From an uncultured Bacillales bacterium (GTDB lineage: Bacteria; Bacillota; Bacilli; Paenibacillales; CAYYCV01): 24,000 bases of DNA. Shown piece by piece: positions 1 through 8,866 of this stretch. The notes beneath the pieces were generated by a model, which saw only the letters and a list, made by a program, of their open reading frames with translations, did not search any database and had not been told where the DNA came from. The stretch covers positions 1-24,000 of the forward strand of contig CAYYCV010000012.1 in the NCBI GenBank assembly GCA_964470405.1, in the 5' to 3' direction. Within the stretch, counting starts at the first letter, position 1, and each line of letters starts with the position of its first letter. Both the position numbers and the translations under genes were made by a program.

Positions 1-53
1 GATTCTTCCCGTCCGCAAGCGAAAAAAGTTTGTTATTTCGTCACCGTTTCCGG

Positions 54-82
54 TTTACAGCGCTTGCGCCAAACGCTATAAT
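54..82 (+). promoter_or_regulatory. sigma-A-type promoter candidate for the small membrane-protein gene
   Basis: TTTACA (54-59), 17-nt spacer, TATAAT (77-82), about 45 nt upstream of the GTG at 127. Confidence 0.45.
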
Positions 83-126
83 AACTGTAGATTACTTGAC
101 CGAAGCGAAGAAAAGGGGTATGTTGC

Positions 127-366
127 GTGGGCATTAATGGCAGGATGTTTAGAGTCTTGGGCTTTTGGACATTGGCGATTGCGCTGATGGCGTTGGCCGG
201 AGATATGAAGGAAATGGCGTTATTGTTTTTCGTGCAGACCGCCGCTTTTGTCCTGCTTGGATATATGAATTTGGCGGAAAAGGTCTACTTATATTTGTTT
301 TGGGGATATATGGTCATCTCGTTCCTTGGCATCACGTACTGGTCGTTCTTTCAACTGGAAGCTTGA
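127..366 (+). CDS. small hydrophobic membrane protein (DUF2626/YqgY-like by recollection)
   Basis: 79-codon ORF with a GTG start 8 nt after AAAAGGGG. Mostly hydrophobic helices (FWTLAIALMALAG, FVQTAAFVLLGY, LFWGYMVISFLGITYW). Followed by a hairpin terminator. Family assignment is from memory only. Confidence 0.6.
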   Translation: MGINGRMFRVLGFWTLAIALMALAGDMKEMALLFFVQTAAFVLLGYMNLAEKVYLYLFWGYMVISFLGITYWSFFQLEA

Positions 367-391
367 CGCATTCAACCGCTTCAATACAAGG

Positions 392-430
392 AAAGGCGCT
401 CCGAGGCCGATGCCCCGGGCGCCTTTTTTC
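392..430. terminator. bidirectional intrinsic terminator between convergent genes
   Basis: AAAGGCGC...GGGCGCCTTTTTT hairpin between the stop at 366 (+) and the stop at 453 (-). T-run at 424-429 on +, and an A-run on the 5' side serves the minus strand. Confidence 0.6.
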
Positions 431-452
431 GTTGGATCGGCCTTTCTTCGGG

Positions 453-1580
453 TCAGCCCTTTCGTTGAATCAGCACCTTGAACAGCTCGCTCATCCGGTC
501 GCTCCATAAAATTTGGCGGATCGAGCGATTTTTTCTGGCGACGGGCCCGAACGGATCGCCTTGCGCATCGTCCTGCAACTCGTTCAAAATGCCGCAATCC
601 ACCAAAAATTCCCGCTGCGTCCGATAGGTCCAATCGCGGAAGCCGACCGCCTCTCCCGCCGCGATGCAAGCGCTGAAATTGACGTGGGACGTGATATCCT
701 GCTCCCCCGCAAACCGGTACGGATCGTCATGCGCCCGATGCTTCCGATAGCACATCAGCGTTCCCAGCATGCGGTGATTCGCATAAATTTCTTCCGCCGT
801 ATCCCCGTAGTCGATCGTCATCAAAAGCCCCGACGTCAACCGTCGGCCGATCTGCCCGATCCATTGATCCGCCCGCAGGTTGATTTCCGCCATTTGGCCC
901 TCGGCCAAATTCACGTTCCAGCGCCGCAAATACCCCGCCAAGGCGGCGTTTTGGGACGGCTTCCATATTTCATAAAACCGCTGCTCCTCCGCCTCCCAGC
1001 CGACATAGGCTTCGTGCAGCGCCCCTTCCTTGAAGCAAACCCGGTGAACCGGAAAGGCGTCCAGCAGCTCGTTGGAAAAAACAAACGCGTCGCGCCGGCC
1101 GTTCTCCAGCCACTCCTCTCCGCCGCAAAGGTTCACCTTGTCCCGATGGGCTTGCAGCATTTCCGCTTGCGTCCGGCGGTGATAACCACTAAAATCAATC
1201 AATGTATAGTTTAACCGCTCGTAGCACGCGGGGTGATTCCGCCGCAGCCGATCGAGAATGTGCCCGGCCAGCCTTCCGCTGCCGCCTCCCCATTCAACCA
1301 CCGGGATCGCGTCCGCCGGGGACGGCAGACCGCGGCTCCATTCGGCGATGCAGTCGCCGAGCATGTCCCCCATGACGGTGCCGATGGCCGAGCTGGTGTA
1401 AAAGTCGCCCTGTTTGCCGATTTTGCTTTCCGACCGGGAATAGTAACCGTATGCGGGGTGATACAGGCACAATTCCATGTAATCATGGAAGGGCAAGCTT
1501 TGTTCGGGGGCGTTTGCGATCCGCCCGCAGATTTCCCGGATCAACGGTGTGGCATGCGAAGCTTTCCCATTCAAGCGCAT
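453..1580 (-). CDS. class I SAM-dependent methyltransferase, COG1565/DUF185 (MidA/NDUFAF7-like)
   Basis: The ORF track gives 453..1706. I place the start at ATG 1580 (MRLNGKAS...), preceded by GGAAGGAGAG. Motifs: YYS...GDFYTS, VVEWGGGSGRLA (SAM-binding glycine loop), FSNELLDAFPVH, DITSHVNFS. Confidence 0.8.
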   Translation of the reverse strand: MRLNGKASHATPLIREICGRIANAPEQSLPFHDYMELCLYHPAYGYYSRSESKIGKQGDFYTSSAIGTVMGDMLGDCIAEWSRGLPSPADAIPVVEWGGGSGRLAGHILDRLRRNHPACYERLNYTLIDFSGYHRRTQAEMLQAHRDKVNLCGGEEWLENGRRDAFVFSNELLDAFPVHRVCFKEGALHEAYVGWEAEEQRFYEIWKPSQNAALAGYLRRWNVNLAEGQMAEINLRADQWIGQIGRRLTSGLLMTIDYGDTAEEIYANHRMLGTLMCYRKHRAHDDPYRFAGEQDITSHVNFSACIAAGEAVGFRDWTYRTQREFLVDCGILNELQDDAQGDPFGPVARKNRSIRQILWSDRMSELFKVLIQRKG

Positions 1581-1708
1581 CGTCTCTCCTTCCATCGGTT
1601 TCATGTATAAGATTGGGTAAAGACAAAGATATTTTTGAACGTTATAATTGATAAAGCGGTCTATACTATTGTAGGATATTACGGAATAATATAAGGGAGA
1701 AAACAAGA

Positions 1709-2710
1709 ATGAAATTTAAATTTTTTGTGATGATCGCCGTATGTATCGGATTAGCGGCGGCGCTGGCCGGGTGTGACGGCAACGGCGAGCAACTCAAGCA
1801 GGATGTCCTGCAGGCCGCGGAAAAGAACAAAGGGATAAACAATTACACATTCAGCGGCAGCGCGACCGTGCGGTTGCCTTCCTTGTCCGGCAATTCAGGC
1901 ACAGGCTCGCCGCTGGACGCCATGGGCATCGCGGCCATGCTCGCGAACAGCAGCGTCTCGTGGGAAGGCACGGCCAGCCGCAATCCGGTGCGCCTGGAAG
2001 CGGACCTGCGGATCGGGCAGGGCGACGGCCCGGCAACGTTGGAGTTGCCGATTCGGATCAAGGACAACAGCCTGTATTTTCAAATTCCGGGAGCCAGCCG
2101 CGAAGATGAGTTTTTCCGCATCGACATGGACGAATTGAGCCGGGTGTCGCAGCAAGCGAATCCGCTGAGCCCGGAAATGCTCAAAAATGCCGGGAGCGCC
2201 ACAACCGACATCCTGAAGTTCATCGTCGACGCCGTTGATCCGAAATGGTTTGTCCAAGCGAAGCCAACGAGCGACAACAAAGGAAAAACGGTCATATCCG
2301 TCGAACTGAATCAGGATAACATCGGCGGCATTGCGCTGTCCCTATTCGAGAAGTTCCCGTCGGCGATGGACGAATTGCAGCGCAACGGCCTGATTTCCGC
2401 AGACCAGGCCAACGCGTTCAAGAAAATGGCCGACGATCAGGCGCTGAACAAGCTGCAAGACGCGCTCAAGCAAATCAAGGTCGAGCGGCCCGGGCAGATC
2501 GTCATCACGATCGATGAACAAGGGTATATCGCGGAGCAGCGCATCGATTTGGATTATACCCTTTCATCGGCCCCGGACTCAACTTATCAAATTCACGTTC
2601 AAAGCAAAATGGACCAAATCGATCAAAACCCGGAGTTCAAGCAGCCGATTCCGGAAAACGCCAGATCCTTTGACGAAGTGCTTCAATTGCTGAACAGCCT
2701 GAAACCGTAA
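1709..2710 (+). CDS. hypothetical lipoprotein (possibly a LolA-like fold)
   Basis: RBS AAGGGAGAA upstream. Signal peptide with lipobox LAGC (MKFKFFVMIAVCIGLAAALAGC). 333 aa with no catalytic motif recognised. Confidence 0.7.
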   Translation: MKFKFFVMIAVCIGLAAALAGCDGNGEQLKQDVLQAAEKNKGINNYTFSGSATVRLPSLSGNSGTGSPLDAMGIAAMLANSSVSWEGTASRNPVRLEADLRIGQGDGPATLELPIRIKDNSLYFQIPGASREDEFFRIDMDELSRVSQQANPLSPEMLKNAGSATTDILKFIVDAVDPKWFVQAKPTSDNKGKTVISVELNQDNIGGIALSLFEKFPSAMDELQRNGLISADQANAFKKMADDQALNKLQDALKQIKVERPGQIVITIDEQGYIAEQRIDLDYTLSSAPDSTYQIHVQSKMDQIDQNPEFKQPIPENARSFDEVLQLLNSLKP

Positions 2711-2757
2711 CCTGATCCACCAAACGGACATGGCACAACAAGAAAGGGGGAAACGCT

Positions 2758-3837
2758 GTGTCACGCGGTTTAAAACGCTTCGCGGCCATCGTCGCATGCA
2801 CGCTTGCGGCGCTGATGGTTTCGATGGTTTCGCACGCAAATCCGCTGCTGGAAGACTCGAAATCCCTGCTGCAACAAAGCTTGACCATCTATGAAATCGA
2901 TCAGGAAGTGGCGCGTCTCGCCGAAGGGCAAAAACAGACCGCCGCCGAAATCGCCGGCACCGAGGAACAAATCGGCAAGCAGCAAATCATCGTCGCCGAG
3001 ACCCGCGAACGCGCGGGCAAAGTGTTGCGCGCCTATTACACCGGACAGCGCGATTCCCTCTGGCTGCTGCTGTTTAAGGCGAACAGCTTCGCCGACGCCA
3101 TTTCGATGTTTGAATACCTGGATCGCATCTTTAAGAACGACCACCGCACCCTGCGGCTGTACACCAAATCATACGAGGATTTGCAAGCCCTTCATGCCAA
3201 CCTGGTGCAAACGCAAACGGAACTGGAGCAGACCAAGCAGCAATTTCTCGCCCAACGCGCGCACCTGGTGCAACTCCAGCAAGAGCTTGACCGGCAGTTG
3301 GCCGACGCCCCGGCGGCCGAAGCGCTGGCGCTCAAGCAGCAGATGGAACAGTTGAATCAGGCGTGGAAAAACGAAGGATTGCCGGCCTTTAAAAAATATC
3401 TGCAAGCGACCTCGGACGCGATGCAGCATCTGACCGATTTCATTTCGCTCGACCAATTGAAATTCAGCGGTTTCAGCCACGCCACTTTGGAAATATCGGA
3501 TCGCGACTTAAACGAATTTTTCCGCGCGCAAAATCCGGTTTTCGAAAACATTAGCTGGACATTTGAAGACGGCCACATTTCGATCGTAGGCCACGACAAC
3601 CAATTGAACGTCTCGCTTAAAGCGCATTACGTCGTTGTGCAGGAGCCGGAGAATGCGATGGATTTCGCCATCGACGAATTGACGTACAATCAATTTACGC
3701 TGCCCGACACGACGCGCAACGAATTGAAGAAGGCGTTCGATTTATCCTTCAACCCGAAAAAATATTTCCCGATTTTGACCGTCACCGGGGTTGAGATTCG
3801 CTCGGGCTCCATGCTGATTTCCTTAAAAATCGGTTGA
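2758..3837 (+). CDS. secreted coiled-coil protein; N-terminal domain resembles the coiled-coil region of CwlO/PcsB-type proteins but no hydrolase domain is present
   Basis: GTG start after AAAGGGGGAAAC. Signal peptide ending in SHA-NP. Long heptad-like Q/E/L/A-rich segment (QTQTELEQTKQQFLAQRAHLVQLQQELDRQLA). The ~150-aa C-terminal domain is unrecognised. Lies 47 nt downstream of the lipoprotein gene. Confidence 0.7.
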   Translation: MSRGLKRFAAIVACTLAALMVSMVSHANPLLEDSKSLLQQSLTIYEIDQEVARLAEGQKQTAAEIAGTEEQIGKQQIIVAETRERAGKVLRAYYTGQRDSLWLLLFKANSFADAISMFEYLDRIFKNDHRTLRLYTKSYEDLQALHANLVQTQTELEQTKQQFLAQRAHLVQLQQELDRQLADAPAAEALALKQQMEQLNQAWKNEGLPAFKKYLQATSDAMQHLTDFISLDQLKFSGFSHATLEISDRDLNEFFRAQNPVFENISWTFEDGHISIVGHDNQLNVSLKAHYVVVQEPENAMDFAIDELTYNQFTLPDTTRNELKKAFDLSFNPKKYFPILTVTGVEIRSGSMLISLKIG

Positions 3838-3956
3838 ACGGCGGCATTGACCGCATCGCGGCCGCGGTCCGACGACGCTCCGGCCGACAAAGCCCGGCGT
3901 GCGCGGTTCCGACCGGCGAACCAGCGGACGCTCCCGACAGCAGCCTCGGAGGCATC

Positions 3957-5348
3957 CTATTGCGCGGTCTCCTTCCAGCTTTGGCGCAGCGCCTCGGAAA
4001 ACTGCGCAACGGTATGCGTGCCGTCGAACAGCTTTTGCGTTTCCGCCTTCAATTTTTCGAATTTTTGAACGGCATCGGGACTCAAAGGAAGCGACTTGGC
4101 TTGCTCGACGGACAAAGCGATTTTGCGCAAATAGGGTTGGGGGCCTACAGCGATCGAACGATACGCCTCCATATTGGCCGGCAAGCCCCCGCCGGCCTTC
4201 ATCATGTCGAGTTGCGCCTCGCTGCCCCCGAGCATCTGAATCCACTGAAACGCCCTCTCCGGGCTGGCCGAGTTCGAAGACACGGCGAAGCTCGCGCCGT
4301 CCATCCAGGCTCCCGTCGTCCGCACCGAAGAGGGAAGCGGCAGCGGGTTGACCTCCAAATCGCCGTCCATGCGATTCAAAAACTCGCTGGCGCGGGCGAT
4401 CAGCATGGCGATATCGCCCCGCCGCAGCCATGTCCAGGCGTCCTCCGCACTGCGCGAAACGGCGCTGAGCGCGATCCGCCCGTCGGGGCGCTCCCTCTCC
4501 GCCTGGCCCTCCGCGCCCGTCAAAGCTTCGGTTCCGTCCGCCTTCCCGTCCGCTCCTTCCTCCCCTGTGCCATACGCCAACTCGTTAAGCAAGGCATCGA
4601 TATTTTGCGGCACCCGCACCGTCTGCTCATCTTCGCCGCCCAGCCAGCTCCCGCCGAGCGAACCGATCAGCGAGACGAACGCGTAAGGATCGTCCGGCGC
4701 AAGGTACAGCCCGATTTTGCCCGTCTCGGGCTCCGTCAGTTGCCGGTTCATCTCCATCAACTCATCCGCGTTGGCCGGCGGATGATCCAACCCCTTCTCG
4801 CCGAACCGCTGCGGATTCCAGATCAAAACATACGGGTCCAACTGCTGCGGAACGCCCCAAGTGTACCCATTCCACCTGATCTGGGACAAAATCCCGTCAT
4901 TTTGCTGCGATTGCAGTTCGCCGGAGAAAAACTCATCCGTTTTCGGAGACAGATACCCCTTTACGGCGAATTCGTTCAGCCATGCGTTCTCCAGCATCAT
5001 CACGTCCGGCGCCTCGCCGACTTCGGCCGCCGACTTCCACTCCCGATAAGCTTCCGCTTTGGACAGATTTTCCAATTCGATGGTGGTGTCCGGGTACTGG
5101 CTTTCAAACTTCGCTTTGATGTTCCTAAGCTCCAAAAACTCGGCGGGGCTCATATACACCGCCGTTTTGATCGGCTCGTCCCGATCGGAAGACTGCAATG
5201 GGCGGCTCGACGGCTGCGTTAAAATATCGGTCGGCGCTTCATTGGTTTGCAGTATGCCGGAAGGACGATCCCCCATGATCTGCGCCGCCAAAATAAAAGT
5301 CAGCAATAAAAGCGAAATGAGTATCAACAAACCTTGTTTTCTGAACAC
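3957..5348 (-). CDS. ABC transporter extracellular solute-binding protein (family 1-like), membrane-anchored
   Basis: GTG start at 5348 after GAAGGAGAG. N-terminal TM/signal segment LLILISLLLLTFILAA. SBP-like blocks: IELENLSKAEAYREWK, PDVMMLENAWLNEFAVKGYL, WGVPQQLDPYVLIWN. No permease or ATPase gene adjacent. Confidence 0.75.
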   Translation of the reverse strand: MFRKQGLLILISLLLLTFILAAQIMGDRPSGILQTNEAPTDILTQPSSRPLQSSDRDEPIKTAVYMSPAEFLELRNIKAKFESQYPDTTIELENLSKAEAYREWKSAAEVGEAPDVMMLENAWLNEFAVKGYLSPKTDEFFSGELQSQQNDGILSQIRWNGYTWGVPQQLDPYVLIWNPQRFGEKGLDHPPANADELMEMNRQLTEPETGKIGLYLAPDDPYAFVSLIGSLGGSWLGGEDEQTVRVPQNIDALLNELAYGTGEEGADGKADGTEALTGAEGQAERERPDGRIALSAVSRSAEDAWTWLRRGDIAMLIARASEFLNRMDGDLEVNPLPLPSSVRTTGAWMDGASFAVSSNSASPERAFQWIQMLGGSEAQLDMMKAGGGLPANMEAYRSIAVGPQPYLRKIALSVEQAKSLPLSPDAVQKFEKLKAETQKLFDGTHTVAQFSEALRQSWKETAQ

Positions 5349-5380
5349 AAACGTCTCTCCTTCGCCGCCGTTACCGGCGC

Positions 5381-6712
5381 TTACAGCAAGTCGGTGGCCA
5401 GTTGGGCCAGATAGGACCGTTCGCCCTTCTCCAAGGTGACGTGGCCGCTGGGCGCCTGCCGCTTGAATCGCTCGACGATATAAGTCAACCCGTTGCTGGA
5501 CGCATCCAGATAAGGATGATCGATCTGCTCGGGATCGCCCATCAAAACGATCTTGCTGCCTTCGCCGACGCGGGAAACGATCGTCTTGACTTCATGCTTG
5601 GACAGGTTCTGGGCTTCGTCGATGATGATGAACTGCCCCGGAATCGACCTCCCGCGAATGTACGTGAGCGCCTCCACCTGAATGCTGCCCAGACCGGCCA
5701 ATATTTTGTCGATATCCCCGGGTTTTTTCGTATCGAACAAATACTCCAGGTTGTCATAGATCGGCTGCATCCAGGGGCGAAGCTTCTCGTCCTTCTCTCC
5801 GGGAAGATAACCGATATCCTTGCCCATCGGAACCACGGGACGCGCGATCAGCAGCTTTTTGTATTTGTGCTCGTCCTCCACCTTCAACAAGCCCGCAGCC
5901 AACGCCAGCAGCGTTTTCCCCGTTCCCGCCCGGCCGGTCATGGTCACAAGCGGAATATCGTCGTTCAGCAGAAGCTCCAGCGCCATGCGCTGCTGGGCGT
6001 TTCTGGCGCTGATGCCCCATATCGGATCGTGGCTCAGGAACAGCGGCTCCAGCTTTTCCGCGTCGGCGCCGGCTTTGAGCAATGCGGACTTGGATGTGCC
6101 CAGCTCATCTTTCAAAATCGCGAATTCGTGCGGCGCAAAGTCATATTTCAACTGGAGCTGGCGCACATTCAGGAAACGGTACGTATAAAATTCGTCGATG
6201 ACGGACGGGTGAACATGGAAGCTGGCGTAGCCGGTATACAATTCGGAATACGACACGATCCGGTCGGACAAATAATCCTCGGCGGTCAATCCGAGCACGT
6301 CGGCTTTGATTCGCACCAGCGTATCCTTGCTGACGAGGATAACCGGACGGGCCCGCTTCTTGGCCTGTTCCTCCTGATGATAGTTCAGCGCGACGGCGAG
6401 AATCCGGTTATCGTTGGTAATTTCGCCGAACATCTCCTGCGTCTTGATATAGCTTCGATGATTCAATTCGACTTTGAGGCGGCCTCCGTTTTCCAGAGCC
6501 ACCCCATCATACAATCGTCCTTTGGCCCGCAGCCCGTCCAGCAATCGGGAAACGAATCGGGCATTGCGGCCGATTTCGTCGGCGTTGCGTTTTTTCGAAT
6601 CGATTTCTTCAAGCACGACGGCGGGAATCACCACTTCATTGTCTTCAAAGGCCAAAACGGAATTCGGATCGTGCAAAAGCACATTCGTATCCAACACGTA
6701 TATTTTTTTCAT
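5381..6712 (-). CDS. ylaK: PhoH-family ATPase with N-terminal PIN domain (YlaK-like)
   Basis: Start moved to ATG 6712 (MKKIYVLDTNVLLHDP, the PIN acidic motif), preceded by GGAGGG. Walker A GRAGTGKT, Walker B FIIIDEAQNL, PhoH C-terminal block GDPEQIDHPYLD. Confidence 0.9.
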   Translation of the reverse strand: MKKIYVLDTNVLLHDPNSVLAFEDNEVVIPAVVLEEIDSKKRNADEIGRNARFVSRLLDGLRAKGRLYDGVALENGGRLKVELNHRSYIKTQEMFGEITNDNRILAVALNYHQEEQAKKRARPVILVSKDTLVRIKADVLGLTAEDYLSDRIVSYSELYTGYASFHVHPSVIDEFYTYRFLNVRQLQLKYDFAPHEFAILKDELGTSKSALLKAGADAEKLEPLFLSHDPIWGISARNAQQRMALELLLNDDIPLVTMTGRAGTGKTLLALAAGLLKVEDEHKYKKLLIARPVVPMGKDIGYLPGEKDEKLRPWMQPIYDNLEYLFDTKKPGDIDKILAGLGSIQVEALTYIRGRSIPGQFIIIDEAQNLSKHEVKTIVSRVGEGSKIVLMGDPEQIDHPYLDASSNGLTYIVERFKRQAPSGHVTLEKGERSYLAQLATDLL

Positions 6713-6812
6713 ATGGGATCCCTCCACGTTTTATCGTTCACAGCCCGACACATAGAAACGGAGCAAAGGGGAAAGCTAAACATCATCAAAAGGCACAGAA
6801 AGGACGATCATC

Positions 6813-7322
6813 ATGCGCTATTTCATCTGTTTTCTGCTGATTTTAACTCTGCTTGCCGGCTGCAACCGACAGACCGGCGACCATGCCGCTCCTCCTCCAA
6901 ACTTCGCCGACCGCATCACTACGCGGCAGGTGGGTACGCCTGAGCTGCCGACTCCGGTGCCTTTTACTTTGTCCGAGTACCTGGAAGCGGTGGCCATGAG
7001 CAACCCTCAGGTTCGGCACGCGACTTGCGTCGTCATGGGCAACACGGCTGTGATCGGCATTGACGTCGATGCCAAACTGGATCGTTCGCGGGTTGGAACA
7101 ATCAAATATTCGGTAGCCCAAACGCTGCGGAAAGACCCTTACGGAAAAAATGCCATCGTTACCGCGGATATGGATTTGTACCAGCGGCTGCGGGAAATCA
7201 GGCAAGAGACGATGCGCGGCAGGCCCCTCTCCGGATTCGCCGAAGAAATGGCCGACATCATCGGGCGAATCGTTCCGCAATTCCCTAAACACGCCCTCCC
7301 GCAAACCCATCCAACCCGATAA
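6813..7322 (+). CDS. ylaJ: YhcN/YlaJ-family sporulation lipoprotein
   Basis: Lipobox LLAGC at the N-terminus. Family-typical block ATCVVMGNTAVIGIDVD...IKYSVAQTLRKDPYGKNAIVTADMDLYQRL. Divergent from ylaK, as in the B. subtilis yla cluster. Confidence 0.85.
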   Translation: MRYFICFLLILTLLAGCNRQTGDHAAPPPNFADRITTRQVGTPELPTPVPFTLSEYLEAVAMSNPQVRHATCVVMGNTAVIGIDVDAKLDRSRVGTIKYSVAQTLRKDPYGKNAIVTADMDLYQRLREIRQETMRGRPLSGFAEEMADIIGRIVPQFPKHALPQTHPTR

Positions 7323-7335
7323 AATAACAAAACGC

Positions 7336-7370
7336 GAAAAAGCCCGGTTTGAACAACTAGGCTTTTTTTC
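7336..7370. terminator. A/T-flanked hairpin, candidate bidirectional terminator after ylaJ
   Basis: GAAAAAGCC-N15-GGCTTTTTTT immediately after the ylaJ stop. The stem is short, so confidence is moderate. Confidence 0.5.
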
Positions 7371-7513
7371 GCAGTTTTTTTCGGTGCGGGTTTTCCGATC
7401 TTTCGCTAAGCGCCTCGGGCATTGGATCAACTCCCCCTTGAGCTGGAATGGAACGGATCTTACCTGCATTATATCACAGGAAGGTTCGCCGCATCCATAG
7501 ATCATGGCCGACG

Positions 7514-7582
7514 CCGGCGGACAAAGGGCGACCCTGCCGCTTCTCCCATCCGGACCCAAGCCCGCACCGCTTTTCTCACCGC
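7514..7582 (-). repeat. copy A of a ~70-nt intergenic repeat family (GCGGTGA..AAAAGCGGTGCGGG.CTTGGG...TTTGTCC)
   Basis: By-eye alignment to 18689-18756 (+) gives about 57 matches over about 72 columns. The element overlaps the last codons and the TGA of the LCP gene. Confidence 0.7.
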
Positions 7583-8568
7583 GCTTCCAGACGCTGACGC
7601 AGCTCGTCCTTCGCGTGCTGCAAGCTTTCCGGCTTAATGTAAGTATAGGGGGAGTGCCACTCCCCTTCAAGCGGGATATACTCAATCTGCTCGTTGTCGA
7701 TCGTAATGTAGGTAGTGATGAATTTGTAAATCTGCTCCTTCGAGACGTCGGTTTTAATATTTTTCCCCACCGCATCGAAGATGCCCCCGATTTTGGCGGC
7801 GCCCCCGAGCGAGGTCAATTTATCGACAATCGCGGCAAGCACCTGCTGCTGTCGCTGATTCCTTTAAAAATCGATGGATTCCGCCGTTCCCCGGTTGGAC
7901 TTGCGGTATCTGACGAAATCGAGGGCCTGCTTCCCATCCAGCTTCTGCACGCCTTTTTTCAAATTGATATTCGTACCGTCTTCATTGTCGACATAGCGCA
8001 TATCCATATCGACATCCACCGTAATTCCGCCCAACGCGTCGATGACATCGCGGAAGGTGTTGAAATCGATCACGACCAAATAATCGAGCGAAATGCCGAC
8101 GTAATCCCCGATCAATCGCTTGATCTCCGCGGCGTATTCCGTCTGGCTCCGCTTCTTGGCGATGGAATAAAACGCGTTGATCTTGTTTTCGTTGTAGCCC
8201 GCCGGCTTCAGATACGTGTCGCGCGGAATCGAAACCAGGGTGGCCGAGCGGGTTTTCGGGTTGAACACGGCCGCCATGATCACGTCCGTATTCAGGCTTC
8301 CCGTCGCCTCCCGGGTATCCAGCCCAAGCAGCAGCATCGACATCGGCTTGCTGTCGGCCGGCTTCGTCTTGTTCGCGACGCTGTGCCCCAGATCGGTGTT
8401 CGTGATTTGATCGAGCATCGAATTGTATTTGTAAAAGTAAAAGCCCGCATAGACCAATTCCACCGCGATGCCCAGGAGCACCGGAACCATGACGATTTTC
8501 AGCACGAGAAGCATCCGCTTCTTCCGGGTTCCGCTCCTTCGCAGAGCCGGCAATTCATTGATTTCCAT
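7576..8568 (-). pseudogene. LytR-CpsA-Psr (LCP) family cell-wall polymer transferase interrupted by a single in-frame TAA
   Basis: ORFs 7864..8583 and 7576..7842 are in the same frame. Reading through gives ...RYRKSNRGTAESIDF*RNQRQQQVLAAIVDKLTS..., a continuous LCP core with its accessory C-terminal region. The stop codon is at 7864-7866. There is an N-terminal TM helix. Likely start is ATG 8568 (MEINELP...). Confidence 0.8.
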
Positions 8569-8583
8569 TTCGCCACACCGCAC

Positions 8584-8859
8584 TTATTGATTATATTTGG
8601 GATTGGAATTAATGTCTTCCAGCAGTCGATCCGTCAGTTGCTTGTCAAACATGTGCTTGCTTGCCTCGCCGGCCGCTTCATAGCGAACATGGTACGTCGA
8701 TTCGTCGGCTTCCACCACTTCAATCCGCTCCAGATGATGATCCTCCTTCAGGATCGTTTCGAAGAAATCCAGCGTCTCTTGGGCCGCCCGGTCGTCCGGC
8801 CGCGCTTCGGCCACTTTTTTCATCTGCAGCCAATTAAACAGCGTATCCCGCAAGTTCAT
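8584..8859 (-). CDS. small acidic cytosolic hypothetical protein
   Basis: 91-codon ORF packed between ylaH (stop 8867) and the LCP gene on the same strand. No family recognised with confidence. Confidence 0.55.
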   Translation of the reverse strand: MNLRDTLFNWLQMKKVAEARPDDRAAQETLDFFETILKEDHHLERIEVVEADESTYHVRYEAAGEASKHMFDKQLTDRLLEDINSNPKYNQ

Positions 8860-8866
8860 TTGCCGT

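Noticed and set aside
3834-5222. 462-aa plus-strand ORF
   Set aside because: Antisense shadow of the solute-binding-protein gene. The translation is Arg/Pro/Gly/Leu-rich with no motifs and no RBS, whereas the minus-strand frame has clear SBP blocks.
5402-6943. 513-aa plus-strand ORF
   Set aside because: Antisense to the PIN-PhoH gene, which has Walker A/B motifs. It also runs into ylaJ in a different frame. A GC-rich shadow ORF.
7381-7569. 6S RNA (rod-like fold of about 190 nt)
   Set aside because: The size and closing stem are suggestive, but I cannot identify the conserved central-bubble features. The sequence is also shared in part with another locus, which fits a repeat family better.
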